Positions 36,701-47,167 of a DNA stretch of 64,000 bases are shown piece after piece. The DNA is from Lepidodermella squamata (lineage: Eukaryota; Animalia; Gastrotricha): the NCBI GenBank assembly GCA_047495785.1, contig JBLDXI010000024.1:2294001-2358000 (forward strand), written 5' to 3'. The position numbers were made by a program, and so were the translations under genes. A model generated the notes under the pieces. The model ran no database searches. It was not told the DNA's origin and saw only the letters and a program-made list of their open reading frames with translations. Numbering within the stretch: the first letter of the stretch is position 1; each line of letters begins with the position of its first letter.

Positions 36701-38946
36701 GTGTTCTATATTCTAAATATACATTGTGTGACCACTTAAAAGTCCAATCCAATGCGCACGCTGATTGGTCAATCGATCGTTGCTATGACTCCCGGATGAA
36801 ACGTTCTGTCGTGCGATCCATAAGATTTTTCGCAACAAGTGTTTTTTGCCGCAGCAATTTACCACAATTAATATGGAGTTTACGCTCGTGGTCAATGGAA
36901 ACCGGGCAGAGGGTGTGGCAAGGTCATTTTTTTCATAAATAAAAAATAATTTGTTAGTTGATCGCACGACGGAAATGTTTCACTCCGCAGTCATTAGCAA
37001 CGATAAATTGACCAATCAGCGTGCGCGCCAAGGTTCAACTAACCAGTGGTTCCGCAATGTAGACGTTTCGTGTCAAAAATATAGACAAAAATATTGTTAT
37101 ATCCTGTTTTGTCGCTGTTTTAAATATGAAAAAAATATGAATCGCTCACTCAACGTAAACAAAATGAACACAATGCTATATTTGTATGGTATGACATGAG
37201 TAAATCGTTTATATCTGTACGAAGCCGCCCGAGATTTACGAGTCGGAACGAGCCGGAGGCGAGTTGCGATGAGTAAATCGAGTGCGGCGAGTTCAGATAT
37301 GAACGATTTACGAATGTTATACCGTAAAATATCGAATTGTCATAGCGACTCGACCTATATTTTTGGCGACAATTCTATATTTACTGATTCTGAAAATGGT
37401 ATCCAAATCTTGCGGTGACAAAAATGTTGCCGAACCCCACTTTTCACTGTTAACGGTCAAATGGCTGTATAAATTATAGGGGACAAGCTGTAAGTATTGC
37501 AACAATATCGATTTATAATATTGAGGAAATACTTTACTCACCAAAGCACTTGTATAGCGTGTTCAGCTTAATCGTGTCGAACAATGACAGCCAAGCAGAC
37601 TGGCCAACAGAAGCCACGTAGCGACGATCAATCGGGTACATCCTGGGAAGCGTTATCCCATCTATTCCTCCCATCGCCGGGTTGAAGAGCGACTCATGGT
37701 CGAAAGGCGTTGCGTTGTAGTACGTTTGCGCTGGGTTGGTGGGGAAACTGATAAAACAGAAAATTCCTTGTTTTGTTAATAATTTGAGAATTTGAACATG
37801 TCTTCGTAGCCAGGAAAAGGAACGAGGTATTGATCCCGATCTGGCCGTCTGAGCTCATATGTAAGTCCAAGGACATGACCAATCTTTCTGATCGCGTCAG
37901 GGACCTATAATCCAAATGATTTCACTCAAATAATACCACGGTTATAATAAAAGATTGAAACTTGCTGCGTAAATAAAATCCGTACTTTGAGGGATGCTGT
38001 TGATTGCGACAACCCTCAGAGGATAAGAAGTTGAATGATAGCCACTTGATTCTCTAAACGCGTATTTCAAATGGCAGGTAAGATTTTTGAATCGCAGGTT
38101 GGGAAACAAAACTCACCCAAGATTACCTATGAAGAGGATCGAGTTGGGCTCATTCAAACCGATGGATGATCTTTCCACAAAGCGCAAACAGGTAACCGAT
38201 TCAATATAAGCTATGGCCTGCTTGTGAACCTGTCTGTCAAGCGGAGCTAATCAATCATGATGATACAAAACTTCAATTTTTTCATACAAATTAACACAGA
38301 TTAACTTACAGACATCAGAATTGCCGGGCCTATTAATATACCAGGTCCCATTGTTGAATGTATATGGGATAGGCAAGGGCCACGGCGTTGCAGGTGGCTG
38401 ACCCGGTGAAAAGCCATCAAAAGTACCCTCGTACATTGTCAAATTAATCGATGGTACGTTTGGGTCCGCATTTTGGAATAAGAACATTTCTGTAGCCTCG
38501 CGATAGAGGTTAATGCTCCACAGCACGCGGAGCATGCTGAACGTGTAAACAAGCGCAAAATATCGCGACATCGAATTCTTGTAAATCAGCAAAAATAAAT
38601 TTAAGCCGGTAGGATAAATTTGTGAAATAATTGAGATTATTATTGAGATTTTCGGTATCAAAAAATGTGTTGATATTGCAAAGGGCGCGCGATCTTCCTG
38701 GCACGAGCATCCCACGTGATTTAATTTTTTATTCGAACCGCCTCAACTACGCCGCCATTATTTCTCGCGAACCTGTTTTCAATTCAATCTTTTAGAAAAA
38801 ACTTTTCAACATTCTTTTTTTATCATCAAAAAAATCATCTCAAATCAGTCATTGAAAGAGCAATAGTTTAAGAATTGACCGATAATCCAAATCAGCTAAC
38901 CATTACTCGAGAGGGCGGCTGCTGCAATGCAAAAAAGTGACAACAT
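33772..38946 (-). CDS. Astacin-like (catalytically degenerate) - EGF - CUB-like - kringle - Cys-rich mosaic secreted protein
   Basis: W..PIPY, AI..IES.TCLRF, IGHVLGL..E..RPDRD; EGF CKNGGYPNP..C..CVCPPGLGGDFC; CUB-like CSWIV...CLDY; kringle YEG..S.T..G.TC.RW...NACR. The 5' exon structure is uncertain. Confidence 0.75.
35808..37490. mobile_element. Tc1/mariner-type non-autonomous element (family A ends) with nested palindromic inserts, in an astacin intron
   Basis: TA|CAGCGTGTCCCATA ... TAGGGGACAAGCTG|TA. Contains an inverted pair GCGCACGCTGATTGGTCAAT (~36754) / ATTGACCAATCAGCGTGCGC (~37008) and a hairpin element at 37175-37331. Confidence 0.6.
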
Positions 38947-39387
38947 TTGATTTTTCCCGAAAATTAAATCGAATTTTATCGTCCTAATTTCGGCAGAGAG
39001 CCATCTAAAATAATCTATACTTTCAAACTTCGCTGAATAAACACAAATGAAACACCAATTGTTATCGTCCGGTGGTACAAAAATTATCGATACAATAACA
39101 ATGTTATTGTACTGGCTAAAATACAAATAACAGACGTTTAAGGTGGATTTTTTTAATTTTATTTGTCCAATTGCCTAACTCGACCACTCGCCCCCTGACT
39201 GTACTAGCCAAAAGATTTTTCTTATTTCACCATGTTAGTTGAAATGTTTTTTGATTTTTCAGCCCCATCATTCTCAAGTGCGCGATCATTGTTTTCAGCT
39301 TCAATGATGCAGCTGGATCAACAAATAAGCTCGACTATATAGAAATTATAATGAATGAAATGAGAGAAATTTTAGCATTAAAAGATA

Positions 39388-40581
39388 ATGACTCTTCTTA
39401 AAGCTTTCGTCAGCTTGGTTTTTTGTTCCGGCGCTATCCTTGCCCTTCTTCTCATATACTCCCACAATGATCCGAAATTCGATGTCACAATGCAAGATTT
39501 GGAGAGTACCGCTCGATATGAACCGCAAATTAACCTGACTTTTTGGCTGTCAATTGCTCCGAAAAGCTACGCGTTGGATGAATTTTCTAAATATCTTTCC
39601 CGGACCTGGAAAATTTTCTATGACAAGAGCGAATTCGCGAATACGGATTTTGTCGTAGTTACCGACGCTGAAGCAAAAACATTTCAGCCTGACGAAGTTT
39701 TAACCCTGGAATACTGGTCAAAGGACGCGAATTTACCTTTTAAATTACATTATAATTCCTTCCCAAATGAACGATGGGTTCGAGGCTATGATCGGCAACA
39801 ATGGCTAACATTCTGGGCGGATAATTTCACATCATCAAAAACTGGCTACATCGCCTTTGTCGATACAGACACAGCCTTCATCAGTAGAGTCATGAAATCT
39901 GACTTGTTCGACAGCGAGATGAGGCCGATAATCAAGCCAGTCTACGGGGAAAGTCCGCCGATTAAATACTGGAACAGTGTCCCATTGTCTGTATCCACGG
40001 CTATCGGACGGCCTTATCCTTTCACCTGCATGTCCTATTTCCCGATAATTTTCAGAATTGAACACCTTGCGAAAGTTCGAGAACATGTTAGGAACCAGTT
40101 TGGCACCGCAACTTTTGATGATGCTTATTTCGATTTTATTGCTAGGAAGCCGTATTCGCAATTCGATGTGATCTGTACGTATCTATGGTACTACGAACGC
40201 GACAGTTACGACTGGCAAATTTCGCCGAGGAATCCGAATTTTACCGGGCCCTATTTCGAAGGCCAGGCAAAGTCATTGGAAGAGGCTGCAATTACCGAAA
40301 AATACTTGAATCGACTACTGCCAAGTGTTGCTATTCACGTATCATGGAACCCGGAATTTAGGGATGATGCTGAAAATTTCGATCGCGTGGTTAAACTCGG
40401 CGTTTGCTATTCGTTCATGAATGATTCATCTGCGATGAAATTATGTGGCATCAACCGCCGTCGTGACCTCAACGTTAATGAGTGGAAGTTTGAGTTTTGG
40501 AATATGGCGCACAACGTGACCCAGGCGAAAATTGCTCATCTCGACAGAATCAACCGCTTAGACAGCAAGCTAATTCATTGA
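39388..40581 (+). CDS. DxD glycosyltransferase-like type II membrane protein, paralogue 2 (intronless)
   Basis: 397-aa ORF; TM anchor, GYDRQQWLTFWADNFT, FVDTD, CMSYFPII, YSQFDVICTYLWYY. Confidence 0.85.
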   Translation: MTLLKAFVSLVFCSGAILALLLIYSHNDPKFDVTMQDLESTARYEPQINLTFWLSIAPKSYALDEFSKYLSRTWKIFYDKSEFANTDFVVVTDAEAKTFQPDEVLTLEYWSKDANLPFKLHYNSFPNERWVRGYDRQQWLTFWADNFTSSKTGYIAFVDTDTAFISRVMKSDLFDSEMRPIIKPVYGESPPIKYWNSVPLSVSTAIGRPYPFTCMSYFPIIFRIEHLAKVREHVRNQFGTATFDDAYFDFIARKPYSQFDVICTYLWYYERDSYDWQISPRNPNFTGPYFEGQAKSLEEAAITEKYLNRLLPSVAIHVSWNPEFRDDAENFDRVVKLGVCYSFMNDSSAMKLCGINRRRDLNVNEWKFEFWNMAHNVTQAKIAHLDRINRLDSKLIH

Positions 40582-40803
40582 ATGGTTCATGCATTTCCTG
40601 AGCAAATAAAATGATTTTCGAGAGATGAATTAATAATAATGTGCTAGCGACACAAATTGATTAAAAAGTCCCCACGTGACATGCAGTTGCACCAGGTTTA
40701 TACCGGTAATCGATGTAAATGATGTCAGATTTTTGTCCGTCCCTTTATATTGCGTGCACCACACAGCGTTTTTTGTCACTCGATTTTTCCACGTTGCAAA
40801 ATC

Positions 40804-42178
40804 ATGAAAGCATTTTTGTGCAGAGAACATCGGCTGTTCTTACTTCTTACATTATCTGCGCTGATTTTAATATTCGTCGGCCCATTTCTAAGCTTCGAGT
40901 GCAGTTTTACCCCTACTTCAGCATTCGAAATCACGCCGACACCGAAAATTGTCGAAATTGATGACAAATTAGAGGCTGAATTTCAAAAGCGACGCGAGCA
41001 AGTTCGACTCGGTTGTAGTCGATACTTTCGACTCACATATGGCCGCAAATCTGGAAATCAAAACCGGTCGAAAGACTTGTCAATTGAACGATATAGAAAA
41101 GATTTGCCATATCGGCATTTGCTGGTCGATGAAACTCATAAAATTATATTTTGCACGTAAGTCAAAAAATTTAAGCTGGACTTCTTAAATTGTGATTATG
41201 TGAGATTTTCAAAGAATTTTTGACAATTTGACAAATTTTTCCAGTCAGGCAACAAAAATTGCAAAAAATAGCTAAAAATCCTAAACAAATTCAGGAAAAT
41301 CAGGAATTTCCCCGCCCAATTTTTTCATCAAATTCCAGAATTTTTCCAACAAATATGATTTCAACGTTGATTTCGACATTTTTCCCTTGTTACTTGACTC
41401 TACGGATTTTTTTTAAGAATTCCAAAAGTTGCCTCAACAACGTGGCGATTACTTTTCATGCGGCTGAATGACTCAAATTTTGCCGGAACCGTCGATAATT
41501 GGGAGTCAACCGCTCCCGTCCTTACTCCCCTTTACATGCTCGCCCAAAGAATGAACTACAGCCTCATGTGGGACCGCATAAAGGACTACAAACGAGTCAT
41601 TTGGGTGCGCGACCCGCTTGAACGGCTCGTCTCAGCTTGGCGGAGCAAATTCCAACAACGCAATGAGTACTACTGGCGAATTTTCGGGAAACATATCATG
41701 AATAAATACCATGCGAAAGATCCTTTATTCAGCAAAGAAACACGGCAAAACGGCGGTCCTGTACCTTTGAAAGATTTCTTCCAGTATTTAGACACCAGCG
41801 GTGCGATAAAAGATGTTCACTGGGCCAAATTTCACGAGTAAGTCTAATTTTTCAAGATAAATTTTGATAAAAAGGAAACCCTATAGAATTTGCCTGCCGT
41901 GCCATATCGAATACGACTATATTGGCAAATTGGAAAGCGGGCATTACGAAGCTGATTATTTAATAAGAAAATTAACCGGGCGAAGCGATGTAAGCCTATA
42001 CAAAGCCAACGAAATGTCCTCATCGAAAATGCTGGACGATGCGAAAAATCAATTGAAAGACGTGCCAAAGTCGCTGCTTCGATCTTTACTAACGCGCTAC
42101 CATTACGACTACAACATATTTGGCTACGCTATGCCATCTTTCATCGATACCTCAAAGCTATTCTCTAACTCGACATAG
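40804..42178 (+). CDS. Carbohydrate sulfotransferase (CHST8-14 / Sulfotransfer_2 family), copy 1
   Basis: TM anchor; spliced FCT|IPKVASTTW (5'-PSB), VRDPLERLVSAWRSKF (3'-PB), HW...C.PC.I.YDYIGKLE, Y.YDY..FGY. Confidence 0.9.
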
Positions 42179-42207
42179 CAAACATATCGCAACTGCTGCC
42201 TTAAAAA

Positions 42208-43466
42208 ATGTTTTCCAAACATAAAATTACGTGGTTTTTCCGGCGCAATAAGGTTCAAATCTTCGCAATTGGTGCTATTCTAGCCGCATTTGTTTTTTTC
42301 CTCGGCATTTTGAAGTCATCAGCAGCGAAAAACGAGGTCGTCTCAGCCAATAAAACGTCGATTTTGCCGAAGAAATTCGTCATGAAACTTACCGCAAGCG
42401 GCATGGAACAAACGTTTGAATTCCGGCGGAAATTAATCCGCGAAAATTGCCCGCGATTCTTCGTCACTTCCAACGGGAAACCTCTAGAAAAACATAAGGA
42501 CAGCCCGGATTTACCGATAATCGCCTACCGAAAAAGTCCTCAGTTCAATCAAATTTTAATTAACGAAGAATACAAAATTCTTTTCTGCGCGTAAGTAAAT
42601 TTATTAGAAAAAAATTGAAATTTTTTGGAAAAATTATTCTCACAGAATTCCTAAGGTTGCGTCGACGTCATGGCGTTTGTTTTTCATGAGGCTTGGCAGG
42701 CATAATAACGCGTTTAAAACAGATAAATTGAAATATTGGAATGCAACTTTGCCGTATTTAAAGCCGCTGTCTGCCTACAACGATGAAGAATTCGCTGAAC
42801 TCTGGGGCAAGATTAAAGGCTACAACAGGGTCATGTGGGTCCGAGATCCTCTTCAAAGACTGATCGCAACGTGGCGAAGCAAATTTCAACCTGGGACGAG
42901 CCAATATTGGAAGGTAGTAATAAAAATTATCTATTTTAATAATTTCAAATTTTTATTTATTTTACAGGATTTAAGCGAAAAAATTCTAGACAAATCTGGC
43001 CGGATAACGAATAACGAGACGGAGCAAGCACCTATTACAGTTGAGGATTTTATTAAATACGTGACTGATAGTACGGCACCTGATAGCATATTTTGGGAGC
43101 CTTTTTACAGGTAATTTTTTAAATTTTTTTCTGGAAATTTTCAATCAATTTTTTACAGACTTTGCCTGCCTTGCCACATTAATTACGACTATATTGGTAA
43201 TTTATTTATTTTCGTATAATTTTTATTTTTTTATTATATTTTATTTAGGTCATTTGGAGGATGAAATTGATGTTTATAGCCACGTGATTCGGCGTGTGAC
43301 GGGGCAAAACCGAATTTTATTTACCTTACTGCAAGATAATGACTCATTGACCGCAAACGTTAAATTGTCGCATTTAGCGCCTAATATCCGAGAGGCCGTA
43401 ATTAACACATACAAAATTGACTACGAAATGTTTGGCTACTCGCCCAGTGAAGAATTATCCAAATAA
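42208..43466 (+). CDS. Carbohydrate sulfotransferase (Sulfotransfer_2 family), copy 2
   Basis: TM anchor; FCA|IPKVASTSW, VRDPLQRLIATWRSKF, CLPCHINYDYIG|HLE, YKIDYEMFGY. Confidence 0.88.
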
Positions 43467-43588
43467 ATGAGTGTAAAAAAAGGATAAAATCGGCTGACAG
43501 CTGCGAAAACAATTACAACAACGATGCGTAGGCTACTTACGCCTTTTTGTTATAAAAAAAATACGGAATAATTTTTCTTTTCATCTAA

Positions 43589-44797
43589 ATGGCCACCGAG
43601 ATCGGTAGTTTTTTCACCCAACGCCCGGGGACATTCGCCTTAATTTTAGCGATTTTTTTCACGATATTGCTATGCATTTTCAATTCGGATTTGAAGCGAA
43701 CGAATCGCCGGATTGTGGCGCCTCGACTTGACCTATTTCTACCTCTATCTGCCGAGGAGAAGTCAGTTCGCGAGTTTACCAAGATCTTCGCCAGGAGTTA
43801 CATCATGTTCTACCCATGGCGTAAATTGAATACGAAAGTGCTACTCGTTTTCGATGAAGAATCGAAGCAGGAAGAGCCTGAGATTCACCAGAGTTTCGTC
43901 AACGTGACGAAAAATCCGTTAATGTCCTGCGAGATGCGCTACAACACGGTGCCGGATGCTATCGAGCTGTTCGGCGGCTACGACCGCCAGCAGTGGCTCA
44001 TGTTCTGGCCGGACAATTTCACCAGCCCCGATGCTGAATACGTCGGATTTGTTGATTCTGACGCGTTATTCCTAACTCGAGTCTTACATTCGGATTTGTA
44101 CGATGCAACGAACCGGCCGATTATTCGCGCCTATTACGGCCGGCCGATGCCTTGGCAACAGTTCTGGTGGCTGTCGCCGGAGGCTGTTTTCAACACTACG
44201 GGCCATAAGCAACCGTTCACATGCATGTCCTACTTCCCGATTATCATGAAAATATCGCATTTCGCCTCAATGCGGGAGCATATTAGGAAAACGATGGGAG
44301 CGGCGACCTTTGACAAGGCTTTCGAATACACGGCTCGGGGCGGGTCTAGGAATAAGCCCTATTCGCAGTTTGATATCATGTGTGCCTATCTGTGGTACTA
44401 CAAGCGGGATGAATACTACTGGATTATCGAAGAAACGCAGCCGCTTGGCTACAAAGGCCCGTTTCCTTACAAGCAGGTCGAGTCACCGGAGGAGGCTGGC
44501 ATCACGCCGGATCTCTTCCTACGTGGCAAGCCTAGAATTGCGTTTCATACGACGTATGAAAAGCCGACCAGGTCAACGCCGTCGCAAGTTGAGGAGGTGC
44601 TTAAAATGGGTACGTGCTACGCAATGATGAGTGACGCTGAGGCTTGGGCCTACTGCGGCATCAGGCGATATGAGGACTACAACAAGTACGAGTGGATGTT
44701 CCAGAGTGTGTTGAATGATCACAATAAAACGCTAACGCTTATCGCTCATAAAGAGCGGATGAAACTGCTTGACGCAGAACGTAGGGAAAATGTCTGA
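43589..44797 (+). CDS. DxD glycosyltransferase-like type II membrane protein, paralogue 3 (intronless)
   Basis: 402-aa ORF; GYDRQQWLMFWPDNFT, GFVDSD, CMSYFPII, YSQFDIMCAYLWYY. Confidence 0.85.
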   Translation: MATEIGSFFTQRPGTFALILAIFFTILLCIFNSDLKRTNRRIVAPRLDLFLPLSAEEKSVREFTKIFARSYIMFYPWRKLNTKVLLVFDEESKQEEPEIHQSFVNVTKNPLMSCEMRYNTVPDAIELFGGYDRQQWLMFWPDNFTSPDAEYVGFVDSDALFLTRVLHSDLYDATNRPIIRAYYGRPMPWQQFWWLSPEAVFNTTGHKQPFTCMSYFPIIMKISHFASMREHIRKTMGAATFDKAFEYTARGGSRNKPYSQFDIMCAYLWYYKRDEYYWIIEETQPLGYKGPFPYKQVESPEEAGITPDLFLRGKPRIAFHTTYEKPTRSTPSQVEEVLKMGTCYAMMSDAEAWAYCGIRRYEDYNKYEWMFQSVLNDHNKTLTLIAHKERMKLLDAERRENV

Positions 44798-44983
44798 AAT
44801 TAGAAAAATAAAATAGAAATATTCTCATAATATATGGGTTTTATATAATTAGGCTTAATTTCGAGAGTGGAAATAGGAATGGGCACCAATGTGAATGGAT
44901 TATTGCCCCACATCAAGTCTTTTTAGGCGTAATAGCAGGTTCCAAGGTCCGAAATTTCCAACATTTTTACACCATGCTGATAC

Positions 44984-45899
44984 GGTGTTACGACAAGGTA
45001 GCCCAAGACAGAATAGTCCCGACAAGTTATCACCGACTAGATAGCCCCGCGACAACTTATCAATTAAAAAATTAAATTTTTGGGCGACAAGGTAGCCCCT
45101 GCCAAAATAGCAAAAATTCGACGACACTTTAGCCCCGACAAAATAGCCAAGAACATTCGAGCACAAATTGAAGAAAGTTATTTCCATATTTTCCTTGTAT
45201 TTCTAGTTTAAAAACGACAATTCAGCTAGTAGCGTATGTTAGAGAATGGAATGAATGAGTTGTAGCCACCAGAAAGAGAGCACGAGTTCACGACTACATT
45301 TAATTCACTATTTGAGGATATATTCAGCCGCCCTTACCTAACAACAATCGCATTACGGCAAAGAGGACATCGCTTATTAGCCGGAACGTTTAAAGAGTCG
45401 TTGCCAACGAAGGCAGCCTCGTACGCAGCTTTTGCAGAATACGTGTCTACAGCGTAGAGCCCTTGGGTGACGGGCCTTCCTTGCAGATGCTGCATTCGAG
45501 AACTCATGATAACGGATCATCCGGTGAAGGCTTGCCGTTTTCTTGCTACGGCGGGTCAGGTGGTTGCTCAGGTTGGTGGCCGTGTTCGCGATCAGAATCG
45601 ACGGCTTGATTGCTCTCCAAACCGACGAGGCACATCAGAATGACGATGGAGAATTTCATGATTGAAAAAAATGTTTCGCGCTAATGAGTCGTGTGTTAGA
45701 ATGTCGCGTGTTGAATTGTCGCTGGATTAAATAATATTTCGGGCCAAAAAGTCACGAATGAATTGTCGCGGAGAAAAATAATTTTTATTCGGGACGAATT
45801 GTCACGGGCTATTTTGTTTTTGGGATAGCCAGTCCGGTCTATTTTGTCAGGGCTATTTTGTCGGGATTATTTTGTCTTGGGCTCACTTGTCGTATAACC
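44984..45899. mobile_element. Non-autonomous TIR element (MULE/Merlin-like) carrying a degenerate RING-finger fragment
   Basis: 8-bp TSD GCTGATAC (44976-44983 and 45900-45907), GG...CC termini, long imperfect TIRs built from (C)GACAAAATAGCCC-type units. Confidence 0.8.
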
Positions 45900-45928
45900 G
45901 CTGATACTAATTTTAAATAAAATCAATT

Positions 45929-46673
45929 TCCCAGAAGTTGCGCAACTATCTTTTATAATTTGGCAACTTTTTGTTAGAAAAATGAAATTCAAATACATTT
46001 TTTAAATGAAACGTACGCAGAGAATATTCCATTTTTAACCGATGAAATAAAAAATTTACCGAAGAAAACCACGATATGGTAAATGGTTCGGTAATTATCG
46101 GTATTTTACGCGGTTGGGCCAAATTTATACGCATTTTTTAATTCCATTAACAAGTTACATACTTTATTAAATTTTCGTGATTTTTTGAATTTTCTAAAAT
46201 TTTTCTGGCTGTCAGACGTGAGTTCGTCTCTCATTTTAGAGTTTCAGAACAATTTTCCGTGTATTTTCCTTGCTTGCGTTACTTACAGCGTGTCCCAAAA
46301 GTTGCGCAACTATTTTCAATTTGGCAACTTTTTGTTGGAAATTCAAATAATTTTTTTAAATTAACCCTACCGAGAGAAAAGTCCGACTTTTATCTGCGAT
46401 TCAACCGAAGAAATAGAAAATTCACTGGAGAAAACCCGGAAAATCCCGCTGGTAAGTGGTTCGGTAATTTTCGGTATTTTACCCCATTGGACGAAATTTC
46501 TCCGGACTTTTTTAATCCTTTTAACAACTGGCATACTTGATTACCATTGTCGTAGTTTTTTTATTTTTTCTAAATATTTTCTGGCCGTTAGATGTGAACT
46601 GGTCTCTCATTTTAGAGTTTCTGAATCCTTTTCTGTGCATTTTCTTTGCTTGCGTTACTTATGGGACACGCTG
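45929..46673. mobile_element. Two tandem family-A Tc1/mariner-type MITE copies
   Basis: Partial copy at 45929-46285, then TA|CAGCGTGTCCCAAAAGT...ATGGGACACGCTG (46286-46673). Confidence 0.7.
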
Positions 46674-47167
46674 TGTGAAACACGCAAGCAAATTTTCTTC
46701 CCAATATGTAAATCATAAATTTTAGGGTAAAACTTCGCGTTCCTTTTTTTGAGTTTCAATGCACATATTATAGCTCTCGAGGATCCTATGGATTTTCGTG
46801 AAATTTCGAATCGATGAAAGTGGTCATTTTTAGATGCGATGATGCTGATGACACTAATTCGATTGTAGAATTTGGAATCAGCCTAGCCTTGACAACAGAG
46901 CAGGAAGCTTATCGAATATTTCACGTAAATCTTTGTCACTTATAGAGTCACAAATGCTGTAAAGATGACTGTGTCCAGATCAAGCTAAGGATAACCTTGA
47001 AAGCCTGTCCAGTCACGGAAAAGACTATAAGTAGAATTCCGTGATTTTATTTATCTCGGGGAAGGCGCGCGTGAGAGAATGCGTCGTAAAAATGAGTTTG
47101 TCAACGACCTAGCAACTTTCTCAATTTGACAATTTTAAAATTTGTCAAATTAAATACTCACGGTGCC

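Noticed and set aside
42176-42210. Stop-codon readthrough fusing the two sulfotransferases
   Set aside because: The 29-nt gap is not a multiple of three, and the second ORF has its own TM anchor.
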